Source: Eledone cirrhosa (lineage: Eukaryota). From it: DNA of 64,000 nucleotides. The stretch covers positions 14,880,001-14,944,000 of the forward strand of contig OZ024748.1 in NCBI GenBank assembly GCA_964016885.1, written 5' to 3'. Position numbers and translations under genes: made by a program. Each line of letters begins with the position of its first letter. Within the stretch, counting starts at the first letter, position 1. This document shows positions 63,070 to 64,000 of the stretch, in pieces. The notes under the pieces were generated by a model. That model was not told the origin of the DNA. It searched no databases and saw only the letters and a program-made list of their open reading frames with translations.

Positions 63070-63900
63070 TAAAGTCTGTCTCAAGCCAGGAGGCTTGTTA
63101 GGCCAGCACTTATCATGGTTTCAAGGCAGCATGAAGCGACAGAGTACAATACCCTCCTGGACAGGATGTCTGTCCATCACAGGGTTAAACCCCCAGCTAC
63201 TGCTGGTACACATTTTCAGCAACAGGAACTGAAATGTTTTGCTCAAGGACACCATACACAACCCAACCCAGGAATCGAACCCATGACAACATGATCATAA
63301 GTTCCAAGCCCTTATCACTATGATGATAGGCAAAGCTAACCTCAGAGGGATTTGAAATCAGGACATAAAAGGCTATGACTATGCCGCAGAGCATGTTGTC
63401 CAACATTCTACCAATCCACCACTAATAACTACTAATAATGATAATTTTTTTTTCTAACACAGTTCACGGTCAGGAATTTGGCGTAGCAGAGAGAAAGAAC
63501 AATTGACTACACTGACCTCAGTACATAAGTGGTACTTATTTTATCCAACACCAGTTGTATAAAAAGCAAAGTTGGCCTTGGTAATATATGAACTCAGAAT
63601 GCAAAAGAATAACGAAATTCTGCAAAACATTTTGTTTGCCATCGTACCAATTATGCCAAACAACAAAAAATAACAGAACTAACATAAACACAAGGCAGGC
63701 ATTTTTTTATGAGGATGGTGGGATTTTATTGACAACAGTTCTTAATTGGTACTGTATCATACTGATCCTGGATGGACAAAAGGGTAAGGTGACCTCAGCA
63801 GTATTCAAACTTATCACACAAAGAGCCAAAACTAAAAGCTGTATTTATAGAGGCATTTTACATCCAATGTTCTACCGATTCTGCCAATCAAATAGTAATA
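63070..63900 (-). mobile_element. Cluster of SINE C (63070-63320) and three diverged SINE B copies
   Basis: Family-diagnostic motifs, all in minus orientation. Confidence 0.75.
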
Positions 63901-64000
63901 ACAATGATACATTTTTCTGTCTCGTTGTAATTCTACTGTAAACCTGGTGAATCAAACTACCCATTGCTATATTCCCAACTTTTTTATTATATATATATAT

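Overview
AT-rich, microsatellite-saturated eukaryotic DNA. I could not support any host protein-coding exon, tRNA or rRNA gene; almost all ORF-track entries are (TA)n/(CA)n/triplet-repeat artefacts. The repeat complement (tRNA-headed SINEs with RTE-type tails, RTE LINE fragments, Penelope-like elements) looks like an intron or intergenic region of a cephalopod, probably Octopus; this is inference from pattern only. Contents: a dead Penelope-like (PLE) reverse transcriptase fragment (30.4-32.2 kb), several RTE LINE fragments, several modular SINE families, a non-autonomous Helitron, and hAT-like and piggyBac-like MITEs. The main hidden signal is about 12 loci carrying type I hammerhead ribozyme (HHR) motifs from roughly 6 PLE pseudo-LTR families. 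Two unrelated families carry a compensatory U3-A8 catalytic core (UUGAnAA instead of CUGAnGA) and sit in long fold-back inverted repeats. Other points: a SINE 3' tail swap at a CCCGT microhomology, an RTE LINE end fused to a SINE-like body, and a strong strand bias of one SINE family. All structures were read by eye; none was computed or tested.
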